Shown piece after piece: positions 50,678-64,000 of a DNA stretch of 64,000 bases. Position 1 is the first letter of the stretch; each line of letters opens with the position of its first letter. Under the pieces are notes generated by a model that worked only from the letters and a program-made list of their open reading frames with translations, had not been told where the DNA came from and made no database searches. The translations under genes and the position numbers were made by a program. The stretch is from Nymphaea colorata (taxonomy: Eukaryota), in the NCBI RefSeq assembly GCF_008831285.2, contig NC_045138.2:19530001-19594000 (forward strand). Reading direction: 5' to 3'.

Positions 50678-51543
50678 TAAATCACTTGAAATTATAGTCA
50701 ATCAAATCATTTGTATTAGACTTTTTTTGGGAGACATGCCATGTTTAAGCATATAGATTTTGTTCATATCATTATATACTTAACACTTACAATCATTCAA
50801 ATGAATCTATATAAATATAATTACAAGTTAACCTCATTAGACAAATTTCAATTTAACAAATAAAGAACCTAGCTTTCGAATCGAATGCAACTATTTCGGA
50901 CTTTGGGCTTGGGTGTATTTTCTGGTTGTGCTTAGTAAACTTATATTACTCTTAGCTAGCATGTTAGTAAAAATTATTCCCTACGGGCGTACCTTGGTGG
51001 GTAGTCGTATGTCATGATTGGTTCATTCTCTAGTTTCTCCGTTAGTTTTTAGGAATCACAAACTGGTGCTACTAAATAAATATGATTTTCGATCCGTAGT
51101 CGAATCTTACCAATACTATTCATTATGATCCAGTTTGTGGTTTTGCATCTGAACCAGCTTCGTATTTTGTATTTAAAAATAATTACTTTAAAAGACTGAC
51201 TTTTGGCTATAAATGTATTTAGGATCCTCGCTTTTTGATATCCGTATTACCGACTTCGCTTTTAGTGTGATTGTTGGAAAGAGAACTCTGTTCAAACTAC
51301 TAACTATGTTGGAGATTTGAGAAAGTTTATAAAACTTCAGATTATCTCTTTAGTTTGAAGTATATTATCATCAGCTTATCATGTTCATATTATAACTAGT
51401 TAAAGGAAAAAATAAAATTGGCTGCCTGTTATTTAAGAATTTGTTAGTCAAATGTGAGCCTGCATAGGAAATGAGAATATAAAATTACCGTCAAAAAGTA
51501 AACTTTTAAATATATTTTCTTTATTAGAAAGGTGAGAGAGAAG

Positions 51544-51629
51544 CTATATATTAAATTTGAGAGAAGCGGAGAAAAGGGAGAGAAATTAGGGTTTTTCTCT
51601 CTCCTGGTGGGGTTGGAGCGCGAGAGTTT

Positions 51630-51660
<31 letters not shown>
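51544..51660 (+). promoter_or_regulatory. Promoter of YTH gene: TATA-like, telo-box and (GA)n
   Basis: CTATATATT at ~51544, TAGGGTTT (telo-box) at 51587-51594, GA repeat ~51630-51660. Confidence 0.5.
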
Positions 51661-51905
51661 GAAACCAGAAAAATAGAAAAAAGCGAGAAAAATATCCGGT
51701 GTAGGAGGTGGAGCCGTGGTGCTATTTGAATCACCTCTTGGCCACCCAGAGGACGCCTCTCTTTTCTTCCCACCTCCGGCACCGTCGGCGGCTGCCATAT
51801 CTCCCCCTCCCTTGCGCCCCTCTGGCACGAGTTGTGTTGCACCTGAATAGAGAGAGGAGCTAGAGGGGGAAAGAGGGGGTGATACCATCTTCACCAGTTA
51901 CCAAC

Positions 51906-54900
51906 ATGGCGGCTGTGGCTCCTTCTCCGGAACGTATCCTTTTCTCTTAATAGTCTTCATTCATTTTTTCCCCTTCGATACTTTCGCTTTCTGGTTTGGG
52001 CCCTTCAGGGTTTTCTGATTCTTCTTTTATGGAATTTGTAAGAGCTTTTGCTTGATAAGTTAGCTCGTCCAGGCATCACATGATCAGTTTGTGTGCAGTT
52101 TCTGGTTGGTGGTTTTGTTTGGTTTTCTTCTTTGATGTGTCTCTGTTTCTTGGGGAGGTGCTTCAGTATCATGGTTTTGCTTGGCTTTATACCGCTTTGT
52201 TAACGTTTCAAGCATTTTGGAGAAATGGTAGTTGCAAATTAGTTGCTTTTAGATTGTTTCTAGTGATAATTAAGCGTCGGTTTCCTCCTGGGGTTGGTGT
52301 TCGCTGCTAGGGTTCATGTGCATGTCTAAAAATGGTTGGTGTTGGATTTCTGTTTGCTTACTGCTTTTGTTATTTTGATAATTTTAAGAATCTGTTTTCA
52401 AGTTTAGGCTAAGAGGTTTTTACCGCCCACTTGTGATGGGTTTTGGTTGTTAAGTTAGAGAACTAGAAAATAGGCTGCTTCGTCTAAGCCTAGTCAGTTG
52501 CTAGTTTCTAGTATCGACTAGATACTTCTCCTAGGTCGATAATTTTGTTAAGATAAATGCTAAAATTGACTTCATCTGCGAGCCGAGCTGTCTTTCTGCC
52601 ATAATTGTTGCCTAACTTTTCCTTTGTTGTTGGAAATACTGTTACTGTTTTTGTTAAGATGGTTGTCGTGGGATATTATGTTGAGATCAGAGCACGAAAC
52701 TGTGACGATTTTATTTTGGCTTCAATGGTTCCTCTCTTACTAATGCTACTGAAGAAATTGTACCCTTATAGTTTTAGAGGGTTTGGTTGACTTGTATGGC
52801 TTAGGCTTTGGATGATCTATTTTGCTTGTTTTCTTTTGTGATTGAATAATTGAAATAATTATTCTGTTGCCGTTCTGTGTTTGCACTTGAAAAATTCTGA
52901 TTCTTGTTCTTACGTACATTGTCCTATCCTTGTTTGAAAGTTCACGTAATTATAAGCGTTTTATTTTAGATTTTTTTGCAAAATTCCTGTGCTTAATATA
53001 GTTGTATAGATTAGGTTTTTTGGTCAATAACATGTCTGAAGGTTTTTGTAATTTACAGTGCCATTGGTGATTGATCCCCTTACTGATTTATATAAAAATA
53101 TATCCATTTACTAAAATTGTTGTTTAGTGTTCTAGTCATCTAAATGCTGGAGACTTTGAGGTGCCTTCAATTTCACAAGCTCCTTATTTGTTCCTCTGGC
53201 ATTATTTTAGGTTATCTATGACGGAGTTGGTTGATTGCACTTTATGTTGTATCCCCGTTGAGTTTTGGGTACTGATTTTCACTACAACAGCTATTTGTTT
53301 TGTATTTTATTTGACGTTTTTTGCTTGAGTACTATGTTTCACTACAAGGATGTGATATCTTTTGTTTTTTAGCAAGATGCACTCTTTTCCTTGACCCTTT
53401 GTGCAGAATCTACAGAATTGCTTAAGAACTTATCGTTGGATTCACAATCGAAGGCTCCAGAGATTCCTGAGCCCACAAAGAAGGTAAATCTTTTCATCTC
53501 TAGATTGTTGTTTGTTTATTCCACAAGTTCAGATTCTTGTATAGTACTTCGTTTCTGTTGGATTACTTCATGAATTCAGTTGCCTTTTTTATTTTCTGTC
53601 AGAATCAATGGTTCAGATTTATTTATTACTTGTTCTATAGCCATCTTCTGTTCGGTATGAAGCTGGTGATGTTGGAAAGGCAGTAAACTCTACCAGTAAT
53701 CGTTCCACAACACCCATCCTTCAGGAATTTGCGGATCCTAACATGTTCTATGTTCCTAATGGATATGCTTCTTCTACATATTATTATGGAGGTATTTTTT
53801 TCATCTATCTCTACTTGTTTCATTTGATGGTTTATGTTACTACTGTTATCTTTCAAATCTGTTTGAATATAAGTACTGTTCTTAACTGGGCTGCTTATCT
53901 CTTAATTGTTTATTCATTGGTCCAGTGAGTGAAGGCATTGTGATTTAATCTACTTATCTTTTAATTCATTAGGGTATGATGGTCCAATGAATGAGTGGGA
54001 GGATTATCCTAGATATGTCAGTCCTGATGGAGTTGAGATACCACCTCATGTAAGTTCACTTCATCGTTATCTTGTCTTGTATTTAACAAATCCTACTGCC
54101 CGTTGACTTGTATGTTAATTCTCTCTCTCTCTGTCTCTCTCTCTCTCTCTCTGTGTGTGTGTCTCTATCGAGTAATTACAGGGTGTTTATGGGGACTGTG
54201 GAAATATGATGTATCACCCTGGATATGGTTACCTTCCTTGTGGTGCATATTCTCCATGTTCATCAGTTCCAACTGTGGGTCCAGATGGACAGCTTTATAG
54301 TCCTCAGCCGTACCAATATGTGGCACCATACTACCAGCATCCTAGCCCACCGGTAGGCCAATTTGATGCAAGCAATCAAGCTACTGTGATCAATTCCGGC
54401 ATTTCTGCATGCACTGCAGCTGACTTGGGAACAGTACCTATTGAACCTGTTAATGGGGCTTCTAAAAATTTAGCAAATGACAATGCAAATGGGAGTCATG
54501 GATCACAGCCGTCCAGGCCAAGCAATCAGTCATCACCTGCAGTCAATTCAAATGGTGCATGTGGGAAGGGTACTTTGCCAAGCATTCAAGATCCTCACTC
54601 TAATTCTCAAGGGCAACGATCAGTTTGGGTGGCTAGACCTGTGTTGTCTAATGGGCAGCATGGACCTGTGGCTAGTGCCCCATTGTCTTCTCCAGTTTCT
54701 CAGCCTACAGGATCTAGAAACCAGAATGTTCGGTCCCCTCCTCATCTGATGGTATAGCAATTGAATTTTTGTCCTTCTCTTTAATTGTAATTAAGTGCAT
54801 TTTAATCATTTTGCTCTCAGATATATTTCTATGAGACATCGGGAAACAAGCATGCTTGTTACCCAAAGGTAACGGTGTTAATGGGAGAGAGGTCCAATTA

Positions 54901-56880
54901 AGTATCTTTGGTTGGTTATATGGAGTTCGATAAGTAGATGGGCTAGATATGGATTTGGGATTACAGTGGGCACTGATGACTGATCGGACCCAAGTTTCAA
55001 ATAAAATCTGTAATTTTTTTAACATGATTTTTTCTGCGGGAATAACATGCACATTTAAAAGCATAAAAAGTGCCAATTTGTTCTGTATGGACCAGAAGTT
55101 CATATCCTTCTGTGACTGCTGGGTTGGTTTCCACCAGTTCATGTTTCTTTTCCTTTTTTCAGGGAATGCATCCTTCTAGGCCGAATCCTGTTATGGCACC
55201 TGCTTCTGCCTTTATGAACAGGATATATCCAAACAACAGAGTGTACAATCATGACACAGGTGCTTCGAGGCTTCCTTATGGTTATGGCTCAAATGGGTAC
55301 GACTCCAGAGCACATTGGCATGGCTGGATGCCTGTTGATAGTAAATACAAGCCTCGAGGACGTGGTAATGGATATCTCTATTATAGCAATGAAAACATAG
55401 ATGCATTGAATGAGCAGAACAAGGGACCCAGAGCTGCTAGATATAAGAACCAAAGAGGTTTCCTTTCAGGTGTCACATTGGCAGCGAAGGGTCAGACTCT
55501 AAACGAGAAGTCAGAGGATTCCTACAAGGCTCCAGAGAGAGAACAGTACAACCATCCAGAGTTTGTTACCAAGTATACAGATGCAAAATTTTTTGTTATC
55601 AAGTCATATAGTGAGGATGATATTCACAAGAGCATAAAATACAATGTCTGGGCCAGTACTCCAAATGGTAACAAAAAGCTTGATGCTGCTTATCGAGAGG
55701 CCAGTGAGAAAGCCAGTGCTTGTCCTGTCTTCTTATTGTTCTCTGTGAGTACAATATTCTTTATAACTCTCCCCAAATCTGTTCTTTGCAGATGGTACCC
55801 TTCGTGGTTTGTCTTGCTGAGCATGATTCTGTGCTGTGCTGCAGGTGAACACAAGTGGGCAATTCTGTGGCCTTGCAGAAATGGTTGGTCCAGTTGATTT
55901 CAACAAAAATCTAGACTATTGGCAGCAAGACAAATGGAATGGTTGTTTTCCTGTCAAGTGGCATATTGTAAAGGACATCCCTAACAGTTTACTGAAACAC
56001 ATTATTCTGGAGAACAATGATAACAAGCCTGTGACAAACAGCAGAGACACTCAGGAGGTAGATCTGTACTTTGAAAATGACCAACCTACAATTTTTTTCA
56101 TAACGGCTCATCCTGTTTAAGAATTTGTGGGTTTCTGATTCTGCTGAATCTGTTACTGTTGTATAGCAGTGGCAAAAAATGTGATTTTTGACTCCTGCAT
56201 TTGTACAGGTGAAACTTGAGCAGGGGCTTGAGATTCTAAAAATATGCAAAGAACATGCCTCCAAGACTTGTATGTTAGATGACTTTGGATTTTATGAGAA
56301 CCGACAGAGACAAATGCAGGAAAGCAGAGGAAAGTTGAAGCAGATTCAGAAGCCGGTATAGTTTTCTCCCTCAGGTTGCTAATTTCTTTTTCGAGGGTCA
56401 AGGGATCTGATGCCCTCCAATCTGCATACGTTTTCTGAGTGTGCTCTTTCCTATGCCACACTGGCTATTTATTCTCACCAAGGGCATGCACTGTGGGCTG
56501 GGTCATTGATGAATGTGTCAAACGTTTACTCGTTGATGATGGTATATAATTGCAGCACCGCCACCTTTCCAAATTTCAGAAAGTTTATCTGTCTGCTGTT
56601 TGGTAGTTCGGTCTGGTTCTGCTAGATTTGACATGTTCCTGTCTTTCAGATATGGGACGAGAAGGTAAATACCTGTTCTGCTGAGAACAAGGATGGGACA
56701 AAATCAAAATCCTTGAAGCCTATTGAGCCAGTGGTGATTCTTCAGAAGGAAACAGCCCAGGTTCTTGGAGAGGCAAAATCATCAGTAGAAAACGGCTTGG
56801 CTACAGGAGCTGGAGATGTCGCAAAGAATGCTAAACCAGCGACTAATAAGAGGGTAGCAAATGGAGTTTCCAGGGTCTGA
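51906..56880 (+). CDS. YTH-domain m6A reader, ECT2/ECT3-like (YTHDF class), ~691 aa
   Basis: Exons 51906-51933, 53407-53483, 53641-53791, 53973-54049, 54182-54751, 55163-55744, 55845-56057, 56209-56355, 56650-56880 stay in phase; N-terminus [33 protein letters not shown] motifs [44 protein letters not shown]. Confidence 0.95.
51934..53406 (+). other. U12-type (minor spliceosome) GT-AG intron
   Basis: 5' site GTATCCTTT, branch site TTCCTTGAC at ~53387-53395, short spacer to CAG; splicing restores the frame. Confidence 0.85.
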
Positions 56881-58599
56881 ATCTTTATTACTACAGGAGC
56901 TGCATTTTCCATGTAATTTATGAGTTTCTATAGCCACAGAGAAGTTCAGAAAATTTTTGCTGTTTTGGGTAGTGTACCTCTCACTCTTCGGCTGAGGAGA
57001 TCTGGAGATGCAAAGCTCTTCAAGTAATAAAAAGTAGATTGAACCCCACAAAGAAAAGAAGTATTAATTTGTGGGTATGCCAATACAAATTCATTATTGC
57101 TCTCCGTGTTTCATAGCTGGTCGGTCAGACAGGGGATCCAAGACGAGACACGTCTCCTATTTGATTCGCATTAGTGCTACTATACCTTACTCCCTTAAAA
57201 CATTATTCCCTTAAAGCATAAGATAGATGGAGGAGAACCCTTCTCTCATGATCTTCCAGGATTGTATCCCAGCACCGCTCAGTAGCAGTTATTTAATATC
57301 CACACAATGCCTAGCTGTGATTTCATTTCTTACTAATAAAGAGTTGAAAATGATTGACAACTACTTTGAAAAATCAAAAGGTTCTTCCAAATATGTCCTG
57401 GTGTTTGGAATTTCATAGATTAGAAGCATAATGGCTTTGCTACTATTTTTTGCCTTCGAATGCAAAAGTCATCAGACGAAGTCACACATCTGCTTTAGAT
57501 GCCCAAATTATTCCAGATCAGGCGCTTAGAATGGTCACGATATGGAGAATAAACAAATTAATCCGAGAAAGAGAAAGAACAGTGACGTTGAGGCCCTTTT
57601 TTGGAGACTATCCTAAAAAATTGAGATGGAATTGCGGCTCACTGGAAAATATACAGTTTAAAATTCCCTTAAATTTTATGTACTGGCGTAACTTTAACGT
57701 CAGTACCGAGATTCAAATTATCAATGTTCTTGGGATTTGGCTTTTATGAACATATATTTGGTAGTGTAAAGAAATCGACAAACTAATAAAGTCGGAAAAT
57801 GACCAGTTTCACTAGGGTACACGTAGTATATGCGGCGGCATCCTCCAAACTCTTTTCCCTTATCTTTCTCCTTTCCATGCAATTTTTTTTTTTATTTATC
57901 TTCACCATTACGCCTCAAATGATGCCATCAGTGTTTTCTGGCCTGTGAAATAGTGAAATAGTAGGTCTGGACGAAACAAAATGCCAAATCTTGAGTATGC
58001 AATAAAAATGGTTTTAATTAAAAGGCAGATTAAAGAAAATAATAAACTTCAAACATCATACCATAAATCAAAATATGATTAGTGCAATCGACACCCAGGT
58101 GGGTTAACCCTTCTTGGTTTCGTTTCCTTCCTTCTCCGAAACCCATCAACTTCAGTATCATCACCTCTATTTTCTTCACGTCAATTGGAGCATATCATGG
58201 AGCATATCATAGCTGGTCGAGCCAGTGAAAGTCTACTACTTTATAATGCAAACTTTGAACTGCAAACTGATGCTACACTACACTCTAATTGACAGGTATC
58301 CCATACTTGAAGCAGAACACTTTAATTGACAGGTATCCCATACTTAAGCAGACCTGAACCCCAAAACCAAAATTTCTGTTAATCCACGTGATTTAGTTTG
58401 CCTTCATCTTCGTCCCCCACCTCGCCCTTGCCGTGCACCACACATAGTCTGGCTTAAGATGTGGTCGTTCCTAGTCTACCATCTCCTTCCTCCCCTTCGA
58501 CTAGTCACAATGATGCTCCACTCTCTACCCGGCCTTCCTCTGACTACTAGATCCACATATGGTATAGTTAAACCCCAATTCAAACCACCTTCTCACTTT

Positions 58600-58950
58600 C
58601 CAAATTCCTCCCGAACCTAAGAATTGTGCCATCACCCTCCAGCTTCCAGAATGGCGGAAAGCTGTGGAAATTGAAATGGAGGCTGTTCGGAACAATTAAA
58701 CTTGGACCTTTGGTTACTCGATGGACAACCTACTATGCAAGTCCAATGGACAGTTACTCCTATCCCAAGGTGGACTTTTTTGTGACATAAGTTTTACCTA
58801 ACTGGCAAATATTTGGTAGTGTACTCTCTTACTCTCACTTGTGATTGGCCTCTATGACAACTAGAAGTCAAAAATGTCTCTGAATGGCCATCTTTCTAAA
58901 ATAGTTTTTATAGAACAATTACTTAGTTTGAAGGATTTACATTCAAATTT
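58600..58950 (+). mobile_element. Degenerate Copia RT remnant
   Basis: PEPKN..PEWRKAVEIEMEAV.NN*TW and DWPL*QLEVKN motifs with stops. Confidence 0.6.
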
Positions 58951-59129
58951 TAATGAAACAAACCTCATGTACGTCAGTAAAAGTATCAAAATTTTGGTGG
59001 CATGAATTTCACACCAGCAAAAACAGATTTTCATTGACGCCTCGCTTCTCACATATTTAAAACGTCAGTAAGAGCATCCGTGAGACTAATTTTTAGTGAC
59101 GTTCATCATACAACGTTGATAAAAATTTT

Positions 59130-60420
59130 AGTGATATCTTGGATGGAAGGGAATTGAGAATTCGGTGGAACGCAAAGTTGGAAATGAAGAATGTGTGAGG
59201 GCTTGGATTGATCGGTGGGGTTTGTGTGTGCAGTCAAAGGTCTTGATAGGAGATGAATTTGGGGCTATATGGTGAGTGAGCATGCTGGTGGAAGCCAAGG
59301 GAAGATATGACCAAGGTCTACCCATCATGGTGCAAAGAGGCCTAGTCGATACTAGAGGGATGTTTTAAGGTGGAGTGGGAATGGGGTTAATTTGATTGAT
59401 TCTAGCTCCATATGACAGAGATGTAGAAGAGATAATAGAAAAGGCTTGGAAGAAGGTGATGAGGAGGCATGAGGTTCTAGCAAGATCTTACTGGTTTGTA
59501 TTCCTTGCATGTGGAAAAAAGGCTTCTCACACTCGATGGACTAAAAAGTTTCGGAACTTGGCTAGCAAATTAGTGCTCCCTCTATGGTATCGAGGAGGAG
59601 ATTCAGAACCATCTTTTCATGGAGTGCAGGGTGGCACAGGTGTGGAGTTGGATCGTAAGAAGGTTTGGTGGAAAGCGCATCCCGTGATAAAAGGAGTTAT
59701 GGAAGAATTGAAAGCTAAGGTCAGAGTAGCTGTTAAATGACTGAAAATGTGCGGACCATATGCTTCCATATAGTCATTTGGAAGATACGTAGGCAAAAAA
59801 TATGGTAATAGGAATGTTGGTAGGGAGTGAGCGGGTGGTTTGAAAGGGAGGTTCCATATTCTAAGTTTCCAAGCTCAGAAATGGGAGGAGGAGGATAAGA
59901 TGCTGGTGGGCATGTGGCTGAAACGGGGTTGGTGTGCAGCAAGAAGGAGATTGGAGAACTCGTTGGTGAGGAGTTTTTCGTTCTGTCAATTCGAAGTGGG
60001 GAAAGGAAATTGACAGTGGCAGTAAAGATGGAAAAGAATAGTCAGGAAGGTTGGATGGAGGAGAGAGTTGAGGAGGAAATGGAGCTGCTGAAAATAGGTG
60101 TATGCAGGACTAGTGACGGTGCAGAAAGTATCCACATTGTTTCAAATAATAGAGGATGGGGCGTAGGTAAAGGAGTTACTAGAAAGGAGAAGGCCTTGGG
60201 ACAGCCCATGGTTGGTGATTAGGAAGATGGGAGGAAAGACTCTGATTTCTAATGAAAAGATGAATTGGAAGGTGGGCAGAATGGTGATGAGAGGCAAAGT
60301 CATGGATGGAAGGTACGATTTCGGTTAGCTGTGGATATGGGCAGCAATTGATTGAGCTGCCATGAGATAAATAGGTATTTGAGGGATCTTGATTTGGGGT
60401 GGTTTACTAGAATGAAACAG
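59130..60420 (-). mobile_element. Highly degenerate LINE-like remnant
   Basis: Traces of FFQxF.II, YR..SLC and ISP.Q-like motifs across frames. Confidence 0.3.
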
Positions 60421-61013
60421 CCGGTGTCTGATTGGGTAATCTTTAGTTCCTTATTCTTTTGTACAAAATATATGTTTTTTGCCGATTAGTAAAGGTGAAG
60501 AGTCTTAACTCCTAAGAAAGGTTTCCTTAGGAGTTATAGTAGTAGGGAATGTGCCCAGGAATAGCAGACCCCTTCCTTTAAGCAGTAGCAACTGCTATTG
60601 TAGTCAGAAAAGCATTGTGCAATTCGTGGGCACCACAACAATGGACTTTATTTGAAATGTATAAGCACCAAAACCATATCTTCAGTTATCAGAATGTAAA
60701 TCCAATTCACGCGTTAAGGGCGAGCAATACTGACGTCCATAATTTTGATAATTTAAGACTGCAAAAGAAACTACAATCGCGTAGGACCAACTACATCACA
60801 TGATAGCCACCCCGGCTCAAATGATTGACAAAATGAAACAACAACCTAGGACATATGTATTTATATGCCTAACTGAAACAAAATTACATGACTAACAAAA
60901 CAGAGAAAAACAACTTTTATTACTTCTCTGACCCTTATTTAGCAAGAAACTTCAATAGGACACGCATTCGTCTCAACAAGTGGCAACTCTATCAGTTTGT
61001 TTGGCATTGCATT

Positions 61014-64000
61014 TTAGAAGGTTGAGACTTCATAAGTGGTAGCAGTAGCTGCACTAATTGAAGCTTCATAAGCAGTAGCAGCATTAATTGAAGCTTCATA
61101 AGCAGTAACAGTAGCTGCACCAGCAATGGTTGAAGCTTCATAAGCAGTTGCAGATGCAGTAGTAGCAGAAGTAGTAGTTGCACTAGCTATGGTTGAAGCT
61201 TCATAAGCAGTAGCAGTAGCAGTAGAGGCACCAGCAACCATTGAAGCTTCATAAGCAGTAGCTGCAGCAGTAACGGCAGTAGCAGTAGCAATTTTATTGG
61301 TGGCAGTAGCGGCGGGATGGTTTGGAACGAGCTGGGCACCGCAGCACTGGAGGAGGAGGTACCTCTCCATGTTCTTTTTGCACTGAGGGCAGGGGATGCA
61401 GTGAACAGTGCTGCTGCTGGGGAGCACGAGCTTGACGCAGTGGTCGGCGGTCCTGTGAAGGACGTAGCCGGCCTGGAACGCGCCGATAAAGCCTTTTTCG
61501 AGGATCTTGTCCTTCCAAGAGTGGTAGTTGTCGAGGACGAGAGTGAAGGCATGACCCTCATTCACGAACATCTCATGGTCGCCCCTAGAAAGGAGCCCGC
61601 ACCCACGGGCACTGTTGCCGTAGGTAAGGAGGCTGATCACCTCCTGCTGGATCTTGTCCATCTCAAACCCCATCTGGATTTGCATGAGAGAGTGCAACAT
61701 GCTTTCGAGGCGCATCCAGAAGAAGCTGATGGACTCGAAGGACCATACGTCACTGATTTTCTCCGTCCGCACCGTGTCGATGATCTTCTTGATGGAAGCC
61801 CCTGGGTGAGCCTTCCCCACGTATACCATCTCTGTGCTCACCCCTGCGTTCTTCGTGATCTTCTTCATATTGCTTGTGAATGACCTGATCCAGTCAATGT
61901 CCTCTCCCCCATAAAGGCATATCTGCTTCTTCTCCGAGATCTGCAAGAATGAAATGTCTTGCTATTTTAAAACTAAATCTCCTCCCATTTAGCTTGAATC
62001 TACCAAATTTAGTTATGAATGTTTGTGAGATTATCTTTTGTACTTCCAATTTCTGCGAATCCCAATTTTTTTAGACTACTACTAGTGCTGAAATTGACCA
62101 CTTTAATTTGTCTACAGACAAAAAAAAAATTGAAATTGGACTCATACCCATGAGGAGAGAACAGGGTCAATGTCTTTGCAGACAAAATGGAGCCTCCAGC
62201 TCTCCGCCCTCCAAAGTGATTCCTCTCTTTCAGTTGAAAAAGGGTAGGCATGCACACCCCATATGTTGATCATATACAGCGCATTTGGATTGGTGACCTT
62301 TCCCTGCCCATCCAAAGCTACCAATATGGCTTTCTTGCTAAATCTCCATTCATTGCGTACGTACTTCACAAAGGCAGATCTCGGGTGTGGCGGTGGGTAG
62401 GCTGTCAGCCACGGCATTTCAGCTGCCACCTGCAATATCTCCTTCAATTGATTTTCGCCATTAATGAGGTCATTGACCGGCTCCATGATTGGAACCCAAA
62501 CTATTTCAAACATGTTCTGTTGGCAGTGGTTACTATGGGTTTGTTGGAGAGCGTTGAGAATAGTCAGGTGCTCCTTCACCGTGATTTGCAAGTCTGAGAA
62601 CAGTAAAAGCACAGCCTTCCGGCGCAACACCTCCACATGCACCTGGAAAAAATGGGGCATCAAAGCAGAAATTGTGATGTTAGATTGCTTTCTGTACAAG
62701 AGGCACAAAGCAGATTCAATAATTAGAAAGACATCGATCATGCATGAAGCACAGATGAAGAAAGACAGGATGCATGGCATTTAAGTACAAATGACAGAAT
62801 CATGGCACTGAATCTATTTAAAGGAAATAATTATTCACTTCATATGTAACAACAGGACCAAATTAAAATTCGAGGTAGTTAGGGAGTTTATACTTCTTTA
62901 AGCTAAAGGATTTTTCTAGAGAAGTAAGCAGGTATTTACCAATTAAGGTTATGAAAGTCGTTTTCTCGATAATGTCTTTGCTTTGAAGGTTGTAAGAAAT
63001 GTACTTTCGCTTTGGCGTGCATTGATTTTGTCTAGAATGTCTTTACAAATGATTCACAATGCTAAAGCACAGCACCGAAGACAAAACACCGACCTTCTTG
63101 TCAAGGGAACGCCGGATGAAGGGGTAGTCATCCTTGGAAGGGAAAATTGTCCTCAGAATCTTCATGTTATCAACATGGATTGTTAGGAAGAGTTGCTGAA
63201 GTATTCTGTAGGCTTCTATTGACTTCTTCTCCTCTGCAGAAATCATTCATCATCGGATAAGTGGTAGACATGTTATCCATGGTGGCAAGAATCAGTAAAA
63301 CATGTCACCACTCCTGTAATGTATTACACTTTTCCATACATACCTATGATCTGCAGGCACATCTCCAGTTGCTTTTTTAGGTGACCGTGGATGTTCTTCA
63401 CCTTGTAAGCCAAGCTAGAAATCTCCCAAGCCTCAGATGTTGAAACGAGATGCCTGCATGGTGAGAGATGCTAAAAAAAGGCAACATTCTGCTCTCAAAT
63501 TTACCCTTAATTTTATCTTTCTTCTTTTTCAATTTGGAGATCAAATTGTCAATAAGTTGCTTCAAGTTCTAAAATTAAATATACGAAGAGAAACTGATCA
63601 CAAGTGCTTTCTCTTCTAGGAGTGTGGAAAATATGAAAGGAAATAACATGATGAACTGGTGCAGTATTTAACAGTACAGTAAAATTGTTTGGATATGATA
63701 GATCAAAATGATCAATGATCGTAAAATTATTCAAATTGAAAAAGTAAACGATGAAACAAACGAACTTCAATAAATCATGTTTTGCTTCTTGTGCAGTTGG
63801 TGGCACCACTATGTTTTGGAATATTGGTCGAACCAACTACATATTCATGCTTTCTTAAAATGGTAGTGATCGAAGCCATAAATATTTTCTTCTTTTCCTG
63901 CCTTGTCGACTTAGAAAAATCAGAAGCATGTTGCCTTAGCACATTAGATTAGAGTAATCTACGAACATAGTGATGGTGCTGATGGGGATACACGACTTGC
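61014..64000 (-). CDS. SIEVE ELEMENT OCCLUSION (SEO/SEOR) phloem protein, 5' part outside window
   Basis: Exons ~63963->64000, 63344-63453, 63094-63233, 62148-62642, 61014-61940 in phase; motifs WEISSLAYK, VEVLRRKAVLL, EIVWVPI, IWGVHAYPFS, ICLYGGEDIDWI, FFWMRLESM, CPQC..MERY..CC. Confidence 0.93.

Noticed and set aside
60992..61561. Poly-Leu LLLMKLQ repeat proteins
   Set aside because: Alternative frames of the SEO tail minisatellite.

Overview
Eukaryotic (flowering-plant) nuclear DNA; no prokaryotic features, rRNA, tRNA or CRISPR seen. The right third holds three intact spliced genes: a Brix-domain PETER PAN-like gene (+, ~44.0-48.9 kb), a YTH-domain m6A reader of the ECT2/3 type (+, 51.9-56.9 kb, first intron with a U12 signature) and the 3' part of a SIEVE ELEMENT OCCLUSION gene (-, 61.0->64 kb) carrying an unusual ~108-aa Ala/Thr-rich 'AYEAS' repeat tail. 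The left ~42 kb is a mosaic of segmental duplications and TE debris: an internally deleted Copia element with an extra tandem RNaseH-PPT fragment nested in a LINE, MITEs, and intron-containing H+-pyrophosphatase pseudogene fragments. Embedded in it are six copies of three divergent, small (90-105 aa) genes with uninterrupted ORFs and three hydrophobic segments, which align without gaps over a shared motif. I cannot assign them to a named family, and they are the best candidate for an undescribed system here. All alignments and splice calls were made by eye.
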